Assembly (NCBI GenBank): GCA_002435785.1
Contig: DIUC01000023.1
Coordinates: 63,184 to 127,183, forward strand
From: Saprospiraceae bacterium UBA6168
GTDB lineage: Bacteria; Bacteroidota; Bacteroidia; Chitinophagales; Saprospiraceae
Length of the DNA: 64,000 nt
Direction: 5' to 3'
Part shown: one piece after another, positions 28,678-37,381 of the stretch
Numbering within the stretch: the stretch's first letter is position 1
Layout: every line of letters starts with the position of its first letter
Notes under the pieces: model-generated
The model's database searches: none
The model's input: the letters and a program-made list of their open reading frames with translations, nothing else
Told to the model about the DNA's origin: nothing
Made by a program: the position numbers and the translations under genes

Positions 28678-31600
28678 ATGTCCAACACCACCGACGCCAC
28701 CCCAATCGTCAATCGTCAATCGTCAATTGTCAATCCACCTAACATTCGCAACACCATCTTCATCAAGGGCGCCCGTGCCAACAACCTGAAGAACATTGAC
28801 CTCGACCTTCCGAAGAACAAGCTCATCGTCGTGACGGGCGTCAGCGGCAGCGGCAAGTCCAGCATCACGATGGACACGCTGTTTGCTGAAGGCCAAAGGC
28901 GCTACGTGGAGAGCCTTAGCAGCTATGCCCGGCAGTTCCTCGGTCGCATGAAAAAGCCGGATGTGGACTACATCAAGGGCATTTGTCCAGCCATTGCCAT
29001 TGAGCAGAAGACCAGCACCAGCAACGCCCGCTCGACGGTGGGGACGCTCACCGAAATCTACGATTACTTGCGCCTGCTGTACGCTCGTGCAGGCCGCACA
29101 TTCTCCCCCATCAGCGGCGAAGAGGTGAAGCGCCACAGCGTGACGGACGTGGTGGATTTCATCGAAAAACAACCAGCAGGAACAAGGGTGCAGCTCTTCA
29201 TCCCGCTGCCCGTGAAGTATCAAGACAGGACGCTGGCGCAAGAACTCAACTTGCTTTTGCAAAAAGGCTACTCCCGTGTTTTCTGGGAGGGCGAGCTTCG
29301 CCAAATACAGGACATCATCGAATCTGACGAGTTCGACCTCAAAAAAACGCTGAACGAATACCGGGACGAGGACATCCGCATCCTCGTTGACCGCTTCGTG
29401 GTGACACCCGACGACGAGGACATCCGCAAGCAAATCGGCGACTCCGTCCAGACCGCCCTTTATGAATCCGAGGGCGAGGCCATCATTGAAATTTTAGCAG
29501 ACGCTGACGTAAATCGTAAATCGTCAATCGTAAATTTCAATACGAGGTTTGAATTGGATGGCATGGAGTTCCTCGACCCCACGCCGCAGTTGTTCAACTT
29601 CAACAACCCCTTCGGCGCATGTCCGACCTGCGAGGGGTTCAGCCGCATCATGGGCATTTCGGAGGAAAAGGTAGTGCCCGACCCCCGCAAGAGTGTTTAC
29701 GAAGGAGCCATCGCCTGTTGGGTGGGCGAGAAGTATGGCGAGTTGTTGAAGGACTTCCTGCGAGTAGCGCACAAATTCGATTTTCCCGTCCACCAGCCTT
29801 GGCAAGACTTGCCCAAGGAAAAGCAGCGGCTGATTTATACAGGCAACCAATACTTTGAGGGCATCAACGCCTTTTTCAAGGAACTGGAGGCCAACCTTTA
29901 TAAAATACAAAACCGGGTAATGTTGGCCCGTTACCGTGGCCGCACCGTCTGCACGACCTGCGGCGGCGGCAGGCTTCGCCCAGAAGCGACCTACGTGCGA
30001 GTAGCTGGCAAGCCCATCACCGATTTGGTGGAAATGCCAGTGGATGAATTGTTGGCGTGGTTTGAAATGATTAGCCCAAGCCCCACCCTGCCCTCCCCGA
30101 AGGTTAGCCCCCCCCTGCCCCCCCGAAAGGGGGGAGTGAAGGCGTTGGTTGGCCAAGGTTCTAAAACCGTGGATGTTTCCACGGGCCAACTCCCCTCCTT
30201 TGGAGGGGCTGGGGGAGGCTTGACCGAACATGAAAGGAAGATAGCCGCAAGGCTACTTCTGGAGATAAAAAACCGCCTCCGCTTCATGTGCGATGTGGGG
30301 CTAAAATATTTGACCATCAACCGTTTATCAGCAACGTTGAGCGGCGGCGAAACACAGCGTATCAACCTCACGAGAACCCTCGGCAGCAACCTCACGGCCT
30401 CCATGTACATTCTCGACGAACCCAGCGTGGGCCTGCACCCACGGGACACGGGCCGCTTGGTGGAAGTGCTAAAGGAACTGCGTGACCTCGGCAATACGGT
30501 CGTGGTGGTGGAGCACGAGGAGGACGTCATCAAGGCGGCGGACTACCTCGTGGACATTGGGCCGGCGGCGGGCATCCACGGCGGGGAACTGGTCTTTGCT
30601 GGGCCTTACGAGGACATTTACAAGGACGCCTCGGAGAGTTTGACCACAAAATACATGAGCGGGCGCATGACCATCCCCGTTCCGAAGCTGAGAAGGAAGG
30701 CCGTGAAATGGCTGCACCTCCGGGGCTGCCGCCAGCACAACCTGAAGAACATTGACATTAAAATCCCGCTGAACACCCTGACGGTGGTGAGCGGCGTATC
30801 GGGCAGCGGCAAGACGACGCTCATCAAGGACATCCTCTACCCGGCCCTGAAAAAGCACTACGACGAACCGACGGCCAAAGCGCCCGGCCAGCACAGTGAA
30901 CTCAGCGGCGACCTCAAGTCGCTGACGCAGGTGGAAATGGTGAACCAAAGCCCCATCGGGAAGTCGAGCCGGAGCAACCCGGTGACTTATGTAAAGGCTT
31001 ACGACGCCATCCGCAATTTGATGGCTGCGCAACAACTGAGCAAAATCAGGGGCTACAAGCCGGGACATTTCAGCTTCAATGTGGAAGGTGGCCGTTGCGA
31101 AACCTGCCAAGGCGAAGGCGAGCAAGTCATCGAGATGCAGTTCCTCGCCGACGTGCGGCTGGAATGTGAGGACTGCAAGGGCAAGCGCTTCAAGCCGGAA
31201 CTGTTGGACGTGCAGTACAAGGGCAAGAACATCTTCGAAATACTTAGCTTGAGCGTGGAGGAGTCGCTCGATTTCTTCGCTGGCAACAAGGAAATCATCA
31301 CCAAGATAAAGCCGCTGAACGACGTGGGCCTCGGCTATGTGCAGCTTGGACAAAGCAGCAGCACGCTCTCCGGCGGCGAGGCACAGCGGGTGAAGCTGGC
31401 CAGCTTCCTGCAAGGCGGCAGCGCCAAGAACCCGCTCCTGTTCATCTTCGACGAGCCGACGACGGGCCTGCACTTCCACGACATCCGCACGCTGCTGGGT
31501 GCCCTAAACGCCCTCGTGGAAAACGGCCATTCGGTGCTGGTCGTGGAGCACAACATGGAGGTCATCAAATCTGCCGATTGGGTCATTGACCTTGGGCCGG

Positions 31601-31713
31601 ATGGCGGGAAAGATGGAGGGAACCTCGTTTTTCAAGGGACGCCGGAGGATTTGGTGAAGGTGGAGGGGAGTTGGACGGGGAAGTTTTTGAAAGAAAAATT
31701 AAACATGAAGTAG
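28678..31713 (+). CDS. uvrA: Excinuclease ABC subunit A
   Basis: Two ABC modules (GVSGSGKSS twice, LSGGE twice) and Zn-finger Cys pairs (CPTCEG, CTTCGGG, CETCQGEG, CEDCKG). 1011 aa versus 940 aa in E. coli; the excess maps to the repeat-encoded inserts (see findings). Confidence 0.95.
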   Translation: MSNTTDATPIVNRQSSIVNPPNIRNTIFIKGARANNLKNIDLDLPKNKLIVVTGVSGSGKSSITMDTLFAEGQRRYVESLSSYARQFLGRMKKPDVDYIKGICPAIAIEQKTSTSNARSTVGTLTEIYDYLRLLYARAGRTFSPISGEEVKRHSVTDVVDFIEKQPAGTRVQLFIPLPVKYQDRTLAQELNLLLQKGYSRVFWEGELRQIQDIIESDEFDLKKTLNEYRDEDIRILVDRFVVTPDDEDIRKQIGDSVQTALYESEGEAIIEILADADVNRKSSIVNFNTRFELDGMEFLDPTPQLFNFNNPFGACPTCEGFSRIMGISEEKVVPDPRKSVYEGAIACWVGEKYGELLKDFLRVAHKFDFPVHQPWQDLPKEKQRLIYTGNQYFEGINAFFKELEANLYKIQNRVMLARYRGRTVCTTCGGGRLRPEATYVRVAGKPITDLVEMPVDELLAWFEMISPSPTLPSPKVSPPLPPRKGGVKALVGQGSKTVDVSTGQLPSFGGAGGGLTEHERKIAARLLLEIKNRLRFMCDVGLKYLTINRLSATLSGGETQRINLTRTLGSNLTASMYILDEPSVGLHPRDTGRLVEVLKELRDLGNTVVVVEHEEDVIKAADYLVDIGPAAGIHGGELVFAGPYEDIYKDASESLTTKYMSGRMTIPVPKLRRKAVKWLHLRGCRQHNLKNIDIKIPLNTLTVVSGVSGSGKTTLIKDILYPALKKHYDEPTAKAPGQHSELSGDLKSLTQVEMVNQSPIGKSSRSNPVTYVKAYDAIRNLMAAQQLSKIRGYKPGHFSFNVEGGRCETCQGEGEQVIEMQFLADVRLECEDCKGKRFKPELLDVQYKGKNIFEILSLSVEESLDFFAGNKEIITKIKPLNDVGLGYVQLGQSSSTLSGGEAQRVKLASFLQGGSAKNPLLFIFDEPTTGLHFHDIRTLLGALNALVENGHSVLVVEHNMEVIKSADWVIDLGPDGGKDGGNLVFQGTPEDLVKVEGSWTGKFLKEKLNMK
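28703..28737 (+). repeat. Five tandem heptamers (CAATCGT-type) inside the uvrA 5' coding region
   Basis: caatcgt caatcgt caatcgt caattgt caatcca, translated as PIVNRQSSIVNP. Confidence 0.85.
29508..29535 (+). repeat. Four tandem heptamers (CGTAAAT-type) inside uvrA
   Basis: cgtaaat cgtaaat cgtcaat cgtaaat, translated as (D)VNRKSSIVN. Same unit as hairpin 44375-44442. Confidence 0.85.
30073..30222 (+). repeat. GC-rich multi-hairpin segment translated in-frame within uvrA
   Basis: Small perfect stems: ccccccc-gaaa-gggggg(g), ccgtgga-tgtt-tccacgg, cccctcc-ttt-ggagggg. The outer ends are roughly inverted (agccccaccctgccctcc.. / ..ggaggggctgggggaggct). Encodes SPSPTLPSPKVSPPLPPRKGG...LPSFGGAGGG. 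Confidence 0.7.
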
Positions 31714-31771
31714 AATTTCGAATCACGGTGTTATTTTCGCTCATTCTTTCACGCTTTAATATTCTTAAAAC

Positions 31772-31996
31772 ATGCAAATCACTGACAACTGGGTGAAAAA
31801 CCCAACTAAAAAGACGCTGCTAATCGTTTTTGGTTTCTGGCTTTTGAGTTCACTCGGGCTTCTGCTTTCCATGACAAATTTCTTGTCTGAAAACCCTTTT
31901 CAAGGAAGGTACTTCATGTTATGGCTTTTGATTGCTGGCGCATCAACTGCATCATTTATGGTTTATAGAAATTATAGGGCAAACAACTTGCCCTAA
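31772..31996 (+). CDS. Small two-TM membrane protein (hypothetical)
   Basis: 74 aa with two hydrophobic helices. AT-rich. Confidence 0.35.
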   Translation: MQITDNWVKNPTKKTLLIVFGFWLLSSLGLLLSMTNFLSENPFQGRYFMLWLLIAGASTASFMVYRNYRANNLP

Positions 31997-32118
31997 TTTG
32001 GATGACCATCGAACTTCGGTAAAGCAGGAGGATTTGGTGAAGGAGAGCTGGACGGGGCGGTTTTTGCCAAGTTGGTAAAAGCTCGACAATAATTTGCTTA
32101 CTAATATATGTACCTAAA

Positions 32119-33102
32119 ATGGTAAAACTACTTCTTCCCCTTCTCTTTAGCCTCAGTGTGATTGCTTGTAAAAACGAAGATAAACAACCACCAAATTACG
32201 AAAACCCTCAATATCTTGATACGTTAACCATTTTCGATGGTGGCAGACTCTACAGTTGTTGTAAAACGCTCAGTAGTACGATTGTGATTGATTTAGGCAA
32301 ACCTTTTAAAGTTCAGGTTGATGCAACATACAATTCGATTTTATTTAAAAAGAAGTTTTTGATGAGTGACAGTGTTGTAGTAGAAATTTTCCATGAGCAA
32401 ATATCTTTTTACAAAAAGGAGATTATGTTTAGAAACAACTTTAATACCACCAAAAATATGACCATCAAGGATACTTTAATCGAAGGACCAACCTATAGAA
32501 TTTCAAAATCAATGGGGTTTGATGGTGACAAAGCTGCTTTTTTTTATGTTATTTTCAACAGTATGGGGTATTTACATTTTGATGTAGTTGATAACAGAAA
32601 TATACCCAAGGAGGAAAAAATAGAAAAGATTGAAAAGATATTCAAAAGCGCTATTTTGATAAATATACCAGCTCCAACTATTCAAATTAAAGGAACAATT
32701 GATACAGCTACCTATTTCGAAAAATGCGACTGGTGCGTTGAGAATTGTTGCTTGCTTATTAAGGGACAAACCATTGACAGTTTAACTAACGACGTTATTT
32801 TCCTAGTTGACCAGTATGATTTTACAGATTGCGCCGAGCTAATGATAGCTGCAAATTGTATCGCTGGAAATTATTGTGAAAACAAGTATACCTATATTAG
32901 CTTTGTAGATAACATGGGCCTTCCCAATACTTATAAGCGATTGGCGAAATTCAAGGTTAATAATTGTAAATATGATGAGTATGAAGATGTTTTTTGCCAC
33001 TATGCAGATTGTATATGGATGAATCCAGAATTAGTAAAAAGGCTCTATGATTCGAACGAATGTGAAAGATGGGAAAATTTTATTAAAGAAAACAGTGAAT
33101 GA
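32119..33102 (+). CDS. Hypothetical lipoprotein, Cys-rich C-terminal half
   Basis: Lipobox LLFSLSVIAC. AT-rich. No known motif. Confidence 0.5.
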   Translation: MVKLLLPLLFSLSVIACKNEDKQPPNYENPQYLDTLTIFDGGRLYSCCKTLSSTIVIDLGKPFKVQVDATYNSILFKKKFLMSDSVVVEIFHEQISFYKKEIMFRNNFNTTKNMTIKDTLIEGPTYRISKSMGFDGDKAAFFYVIFNSMGYLHFDVVDNRNIPKEEKIEKIEKIFKSAILINIPAPTIQIKGTIDTATYFEKCDWCVENCCLLIKGQTIDSLTNDVIFLVDQYDFTDCAELMIAANCIAGNYCENKYTYISFVDNMGLPNTYKRLAKFKVNNCKYDEYEDVFCHYADCIWMNPELVKRLYDSNECERWENFIKENSE

Positions 33103-33138
33103 TTTATGGATTGGAAATACCAGTTCAAGCAAGTTAAT

Positions 33139-33218
33139 CATAGCGTAACTTACGTTCTCCCCACACAGGGTTTCACAACAGATTGAACTGATTCAACAGA
33201 TGAAACCAGATTCGTCCC
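33139..33218 (+). repeat. Left copy of a diverged ~80-90-bp direct repeat flanking the 22-bp array
   Basis: CATAGC..TT.CGTTCTC..CCAC...GATT.A...GATT.....GATGAAA.C.GATT.GTCC is shared with 33491-33578. Confidence 0.55.
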
Positions 33219-33296
33219 AAACCCCAGCTAATTTCACTTTACCTCACAAAAATGCCTGCACAAACCTTTCATTGTGTAGTTACAATAGTCAAGTTT

Positions 33297-33472
33297 GAGA
33301 CTGCACGGAACTAACTCCGAGACTGCACATAGTTGACTCAGAGACATCTCATACCTGACTATGAGACGTCTCATACCTGACCATGAGACATCTCGGAACC
33401 AACTCCGAGACTGCACATACCTCACCTTGAGACATGACAAACTCTACCTTGAGACTGCACTTACCCCTAATT
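33297..33472 (+). repeat. Eight head-to-tail 22-bp repeats (iteron-like), core GAGACnnnnC
   Basis: Units start at 33297, 33319, 33341, 33363, 33385, 33407, 33429 and 33451. Cores are GAGACTGCAC (x4), GAGACATCTC (x2), GAGACGTCTC and GAGACATGAC. Confidence 0.9.
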
Positions 33473-33490
33473 CGAGCAAGTTTAGCGCAG

Positions 33491-33578
33491 CATAGCTTGC
33501 GTTCTCGCTCCCACCCCAACCCCACGCAGGACCACACCACGAATTAAGCGGATTAGGCGGATGAAAACGGATTAGTCC
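33491..33578 (+). repeat. Right copy of the diverged direct repeat flanking the 22-bp array
   Basis: See 33139-33218. Confidence 0.55.
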
Positions 33579-33696
33579 TGTACTTACCATCACAAATCAA
33601 CTACAACACGCACAAGCCTGATTTTCACAAAAACAATTACAGTAGGCGTAATTTCGTGTAAAATTTTCCACCTTAGCCCTTCAAAACAATTAACAA

Positions 33697-35307
33697 ATGT
33701 TACAATCAAAACGCACCAATTTATTCAAGGTATTCTTCCTTATTTTCGTCCTGGGGTCTTTGGTTTCCTGCGAACCAGAAAAGCCGAGGACGCCTGCCGA
33801 CCTTTCAAAAGTCAGCTTCATACCCCAACCCGTTTCGGTCACGGCTACAGGGAGCTCGTTCGAGCTGTCGGACAAGACGGATATTTACGTGCAGGGGGAA
33901 TCCGAAGAACTACAACAAATCGGCCAATACTTAGCCGACAAGCTCAACCCATCCACCGGCTTGGGGCTGGCGGTAAAATCCACCACCCAAGCGCCCAAAG
34001 CCGGGAATATTTTCCTGACCCTTTCCGACAGCGATACGCTGGGGGAGGAAGGCTACGAGCTGACCGTCACCGAAGACCTCGTGACTTTGACGGCTCACCG
34101 CCCGGCAGGCTTGTTTCGGGGCATCCAAACCATCCGGCAGGCATTGCCCGCCAAGGTGGAAAGCTCGGACAGGCAGGAAGCAGCCTGGATAATAGCGACG
34201 GGCACCATCCTGGATTATCCGGCATACGTCCACCGGGGTTCCATGCTTGATGTTTCACGCCACTTCTTCGGGGTAGAAGACGTGAAGCGGTTCATCGAGT
34301 TAATTGCCGCTTATAAAATGAACGTGCTGCACCTGCACCTCTCCGACGACCAGGGCTGGCGCATCGAAATCAAGTCGTGGCCGAACCTGACGACGCACGG
34401 TGGCAGCACACAAGTCGGCGGCGGTAAAGGCGGCTTCTACACGCAGGAGCAATACACCGACCTCGTGAAATATGCCCAGGCCCGCTACATCACCATCATC
34501 CCCGAAATTGACATGCCCGGCCATACCAATGCAGCACTTGCTTCTTATCCCGAACTGAACTGCAACGGCAAGGCCCCCGAACTGTACACCGGTACAGAGG
34601 TAGGCTTCAGCACTCTTTGCGTAAACAAAGAAATCACCTACAAATTCATAGACGACGTCGTGCGGGAACTGGCGGGGCTTACGCCGGGGCCGTACATCCA
34701 CGTCGGCGGCGACGAATCACACGCCACAAAAAAAGCGGATTACCTGCTCTTCGTCAACAAGGTGAAGGACATCGTGAAATCTCATGGTAAACGCATGGCC
34801 GGTTGGGATGAAACCGCACAGGCCAACCTCGATGCCCAGGATGTCGTGCAGCTTTGGGCCAATGCCGATTTTGCCAAACTGGCGGTGAGCAAAGACGCCA
34901 AGCTCGTCATGTCCCCGGCCAACAAAGCCTACCTCGACATGCAATACGATTCTACCACCCGCCTCGGTCTGCACTGGGCCGCCTATATTGAACTCGACAG
35001 CGCCTATATTTGGGACCCCGCCACGCTCGTGCCAGGCATCACAAAAGAAAACATCCTCGGCGTGGAAGCGCCCCTGTGGACAGAAACAATTGTCACCATG
35101 GACGACATCGAGTATATGGTCTTCCCCCGGCTCCCTGGCTATGCGGAAATCGGCTGGTCGTCCAACGCCAACCGAAACTGGGATGAATACAAGGTTCGTC
35201 TGGGCAGACAGAAGGAACGATTCGAGGCGATGGGGATTAACTATTATTCTTCGAAGTTAGTGGAGTGGACAGAGGTGGAGAAAGATTCGGTGAAGTTGAA
35301 GGATTAA
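33697..35307 (+). CDS. Beta-N-acetylhexosaminidase (glycoside hydrolase family 20), lipoprotein
   Basis: VLHLHLSDDQGWRIEIKSWPNLT, IIPEIDMPGH, HVGGDE. Lipobox LGSLVSC. Confidence 0.9.
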   Translation: MLQSKRTNLFKVFFLIFVLGSLVSCEPEKPRTPADLSKVSFIPQPVSVTATGSSFELSDKTDIYVQGESEELQQIGQYLADKLNPSTGLGLAVKSTTQAPKAGNIFLTLSDSDTLGEEGYELTVTEDLVTLTAHRPAGLFRGIQTIRQALPAKVESSDRQEAAWIIATGTILDYPAYVHRGSMLDVSRHFFGVEDVKRFIELIAAYKMNVLHLHLSDDQGWRIEIKSWPNLTTHGGSTQVGGGKGGFYTQEQYTDLVKYAQARYITIIPEIDMPGHTNAALASYPELNCNGKAPELYTGTEVGFSTLCVNKEITYKFIDDVVRELAGLTPGPYIHVGGDESHATKKADYLLFVNKVKDIVKSHGKRMAGWDETAQANLDAQDVVQLWANADFAKLAVSKDAKLVMSPANKAYLDMQYDSTTRLGLHWAAYIELDSAYIWDPATLVPGITKENILGVEAPLWTETIVTMDDIEYMVFPRLPGYAEIGWSSNANRNWDEYKVRLGRQKERFEAMGINYYSSKLVEWTEVEKDSVKLKD

Positions 35308-35388
35308 GTAATTGAAAGAACACAAATGCGCAGTGTCGGTGTGATTCGAAAGTCACGCCGACATTTAACTACATCAAACAGCAAAACC

Positions 35389-35853
35389 ATGAAGTATCGT
35401 ATTTTTTTGTTTGCCATCCTATTGTCAGCCTGCGGCAACGACGGTAAGACTACCTCCGAAACTGCGGCCAGCCAAGATACCGTGAACGTTCAGCCAGCCA
35501 ACGCAAAGGAAGTAGAGGTCGAAGACACAACTGCCACCGCACCGGAAAGCCCGGTGTATGCCAACGAACGCTTCAAAGAAGTAACGGTGCAGAAAACAGG
35601 CGAGCACAGTTTTTTGATTAAGGGAAAGGGCCAAATCTTCGAGGCAAGCTTTAGTTGGGTAGTGGAGGATGGGCACATGGAACTGAAAAAAGGACATGAA
35701 ATGACGGATGCCGGCGCACCGGAATGGGGCAATTTCCAATTCACGGTGGATGTGAAAAAAGACCGCGAGAATTCTACCCTGATGCTAATTATTTTTGAGT
35801 CAAGCCCCCAAGATGGAAGCCGGCAATATGAACTCCCTGTATTGCTTTATTGA
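35389..35853 (+). CDS. Gmad2 immunoglobulin-like domain lipoprotein
   Basis: Start at 35389 (MKYRIFLFAILLSAC). GQIFEASFSWVVEDGH...DAGAPEWGNFQFTV...IIFESSPQDGS fits the Gmad2 pattern. Confidence 0.6.
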   Translation: MKYRIFLFAILLSACGNDGKTTSETAASQDTVNVQPANAKEVEVEDTTATAPESPVYANERFKEVTVQKTGEHSFLIKGKGQIFEASFSWVVEDGHMELKKGHEMTDAGAPEWGNFQFTVDVKKDRENSTLMLIIFESSPQDGSRQYELPVLLY

Positions 35854-36017
35854 TTATCCGTGATACCGTTTATATAGTCTGTAAAGACTACTCTTAACAA
35901 AAAAAACGACCGGGCGAATCATCACCCAGTCATTTTTCTAAATTATCTATGGTATGGCTGTTTATAAATGGCTATTAAACCATTATAAAACCACTCAGTA
36001 AATCAGTTCCAATCCCA

Positions 36018-36422
36018 TTAAAGCAGCGTATTGGTTTGCCCTGGGATATTAGGGAGTTCGTCCGGCAATGGGTTGGTGGGATCCATGTTTCCACCCCTAT
36101 CGTCTGCCAGTTCTTCGTCTGTGAATTCAGGTTCGGTGCTGGGCCGACGACGGTACGGGTCGGTGTCAGGTAGGGGGTCCCGTGAATCGGGGTTCTTGTC
36201 ATCATTGGTATGACCCGGGTCAATGTCTGATTGTTGGTCGCCGGGCTGACGGCGATAAGGGGCGGTATCAGGCAGTGGGTTTACCGTAGAAGGCGCATTG
36301 CCTTTTCTTTCTCGGTCAGTAAAATTTGGGTCGTTACCCGCTGGATTCAACGGATTGTTGCGGTTTTGATCCTCATCCGGCAGTGGATTGGTCGGCGTTG
36401 GATGAAAGCTGTTGTCTGTCAT
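36018..36422 (-). CDS. Acidic Pro/Asn/Asp-rich low-complexity protein with NPLPD repeats (hypothetical)
   Basis: 134 aa. NPLPD/DPLPD occurs 4 times; two copies are followed by T(A/D)PYRR(Q/R)P. No TM or signal peptide. Could be spurious. Confidence 0.35.
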   Translation of the reverse strand: MTDNSFHPTPTNPLPDEDQNRNNPLNPAGNDPNFTDRERKGNAPSTVNPLPDTAPYRRQPGDQQSDIDPGHTNDDKNPDSRDPLPDTDPYRRRPSTEPEFTDEELADDRGGNMDPTNPLPDELPNIPGQTNTLL

Positions 36423-36607
36423 GATGTTACATTTTTTTGGTTAGCAATATGGTTCAATTCGTATGGGTAACGTGCCACTGCTTTCAGATGTTCAAGATGA
36501 ATTGAATGTTTTTGTCACCAGAAGTCCTGTGTCATGCTTCAACTTACTTGTGACCAATTGAGCCAATTGTCACCGGCCAGTTCACAAGTGCACATCAATT
36601 TCCGCTA

Positions 36608-37126
36608 CTACTCCCCCGCTGCCGGATAGTAATGATACCCCAAGTACGCAATCTTCCACTCCCCATTTTCCTTTTCGAGGATGCGGGTTTCGAGCGACTT
36701 GCCGAGGAACTTCCGAGTGTCCTTTTCAAAGGAATTTTGCTCAAAAGTGTACCACGCCATGTCGTGGCTGATTCGGAAATTTTCGTTGGAACGCTCCTCG
36801 GTTGAGCCTTTCCAAAGCGTCTCATTGGCATCGAACTGCTTTTTCTTCTCTTCCCTCAGCGACTCAAAGCCGATGTTGGCGGTGACTTTTTCGGAGAACC
36901 CCTCCCAATAGCCGAACTTGCGAAAAGCGGGCGATTGGAGGTAGGTGCTCTTCCACGCTTCAAAATCCTGCTTGTAGTACGATTCCGTTTCCTTGGCGAT
37001 GACGGCTTGGATGGCCGCTTTTTCTTTTTCGAAATCAACGGTAGGTGGTTGTGCTGGCTGTTGTACTGGTTGGGTGCAGTTGGTGAGCAAGCCGCAGAGG
37101 ACGAACAGGAGGATTGATTTTTTCAT
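36608..37126 (-). CDS. NTF2-like (SnoaL/DUF4440-type) lipoprotein
   Basis: Start at 37126 (MKKSILLFVLCGLLTNC lipobox). EKAAIQAVIAKETESYYKQDFEAWKSTY is typical of the first helix of DUF4440/SnoaL folds. Confidence 0.5.
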   Translation of the reverse strand: MKKSILLFVLCGLLTNCTQPVQQPAQPPTVDFEKEKAAIQAVIAKETESYYKQDFEAWKSTYLQSPAFRKFGYWEGFSEKVTANIGFESLREEKKKQFDANETLWKGSTEERSNENFRISHDMAWYTFEQNSFEKDTRKFLGKSLETRILEKENGEWKIAYLGYHYYPAAGE

Positions 37127-37381
37127 TTGAATAATTTGATTGGTGAAAAGACAAGTTAGCTGAAAGCCAAATGTCCTAATTTTTACTTTATACAGCAAGC
37201 TTTCTGTTTTTTCTCTAATGCTTAATATTACAACCATAGGCCCTCCACCCTTTTTTTTATCAATTTGAAAACCACCTCAAACATTCTATCCAACTCTCAA
37301 CCAACATGCCGATATTAGCGCCCGTTTTGGAAACCTCCACCCAGTTTGGGCGTTTCCCTCTAAAATTCAAACTACCATCAA

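Noticed and set aside
33234-33540. ORFs 33234-33440 and 33349-33540 (-), and the idea that the 22-bp repeats are a CRISPR array
   Set aside because: The ORFs merely translate the repeats. The units are contiguous with no spacers and are only 22 bp, and no cas genes are nearby, so this is not a CRISPR.
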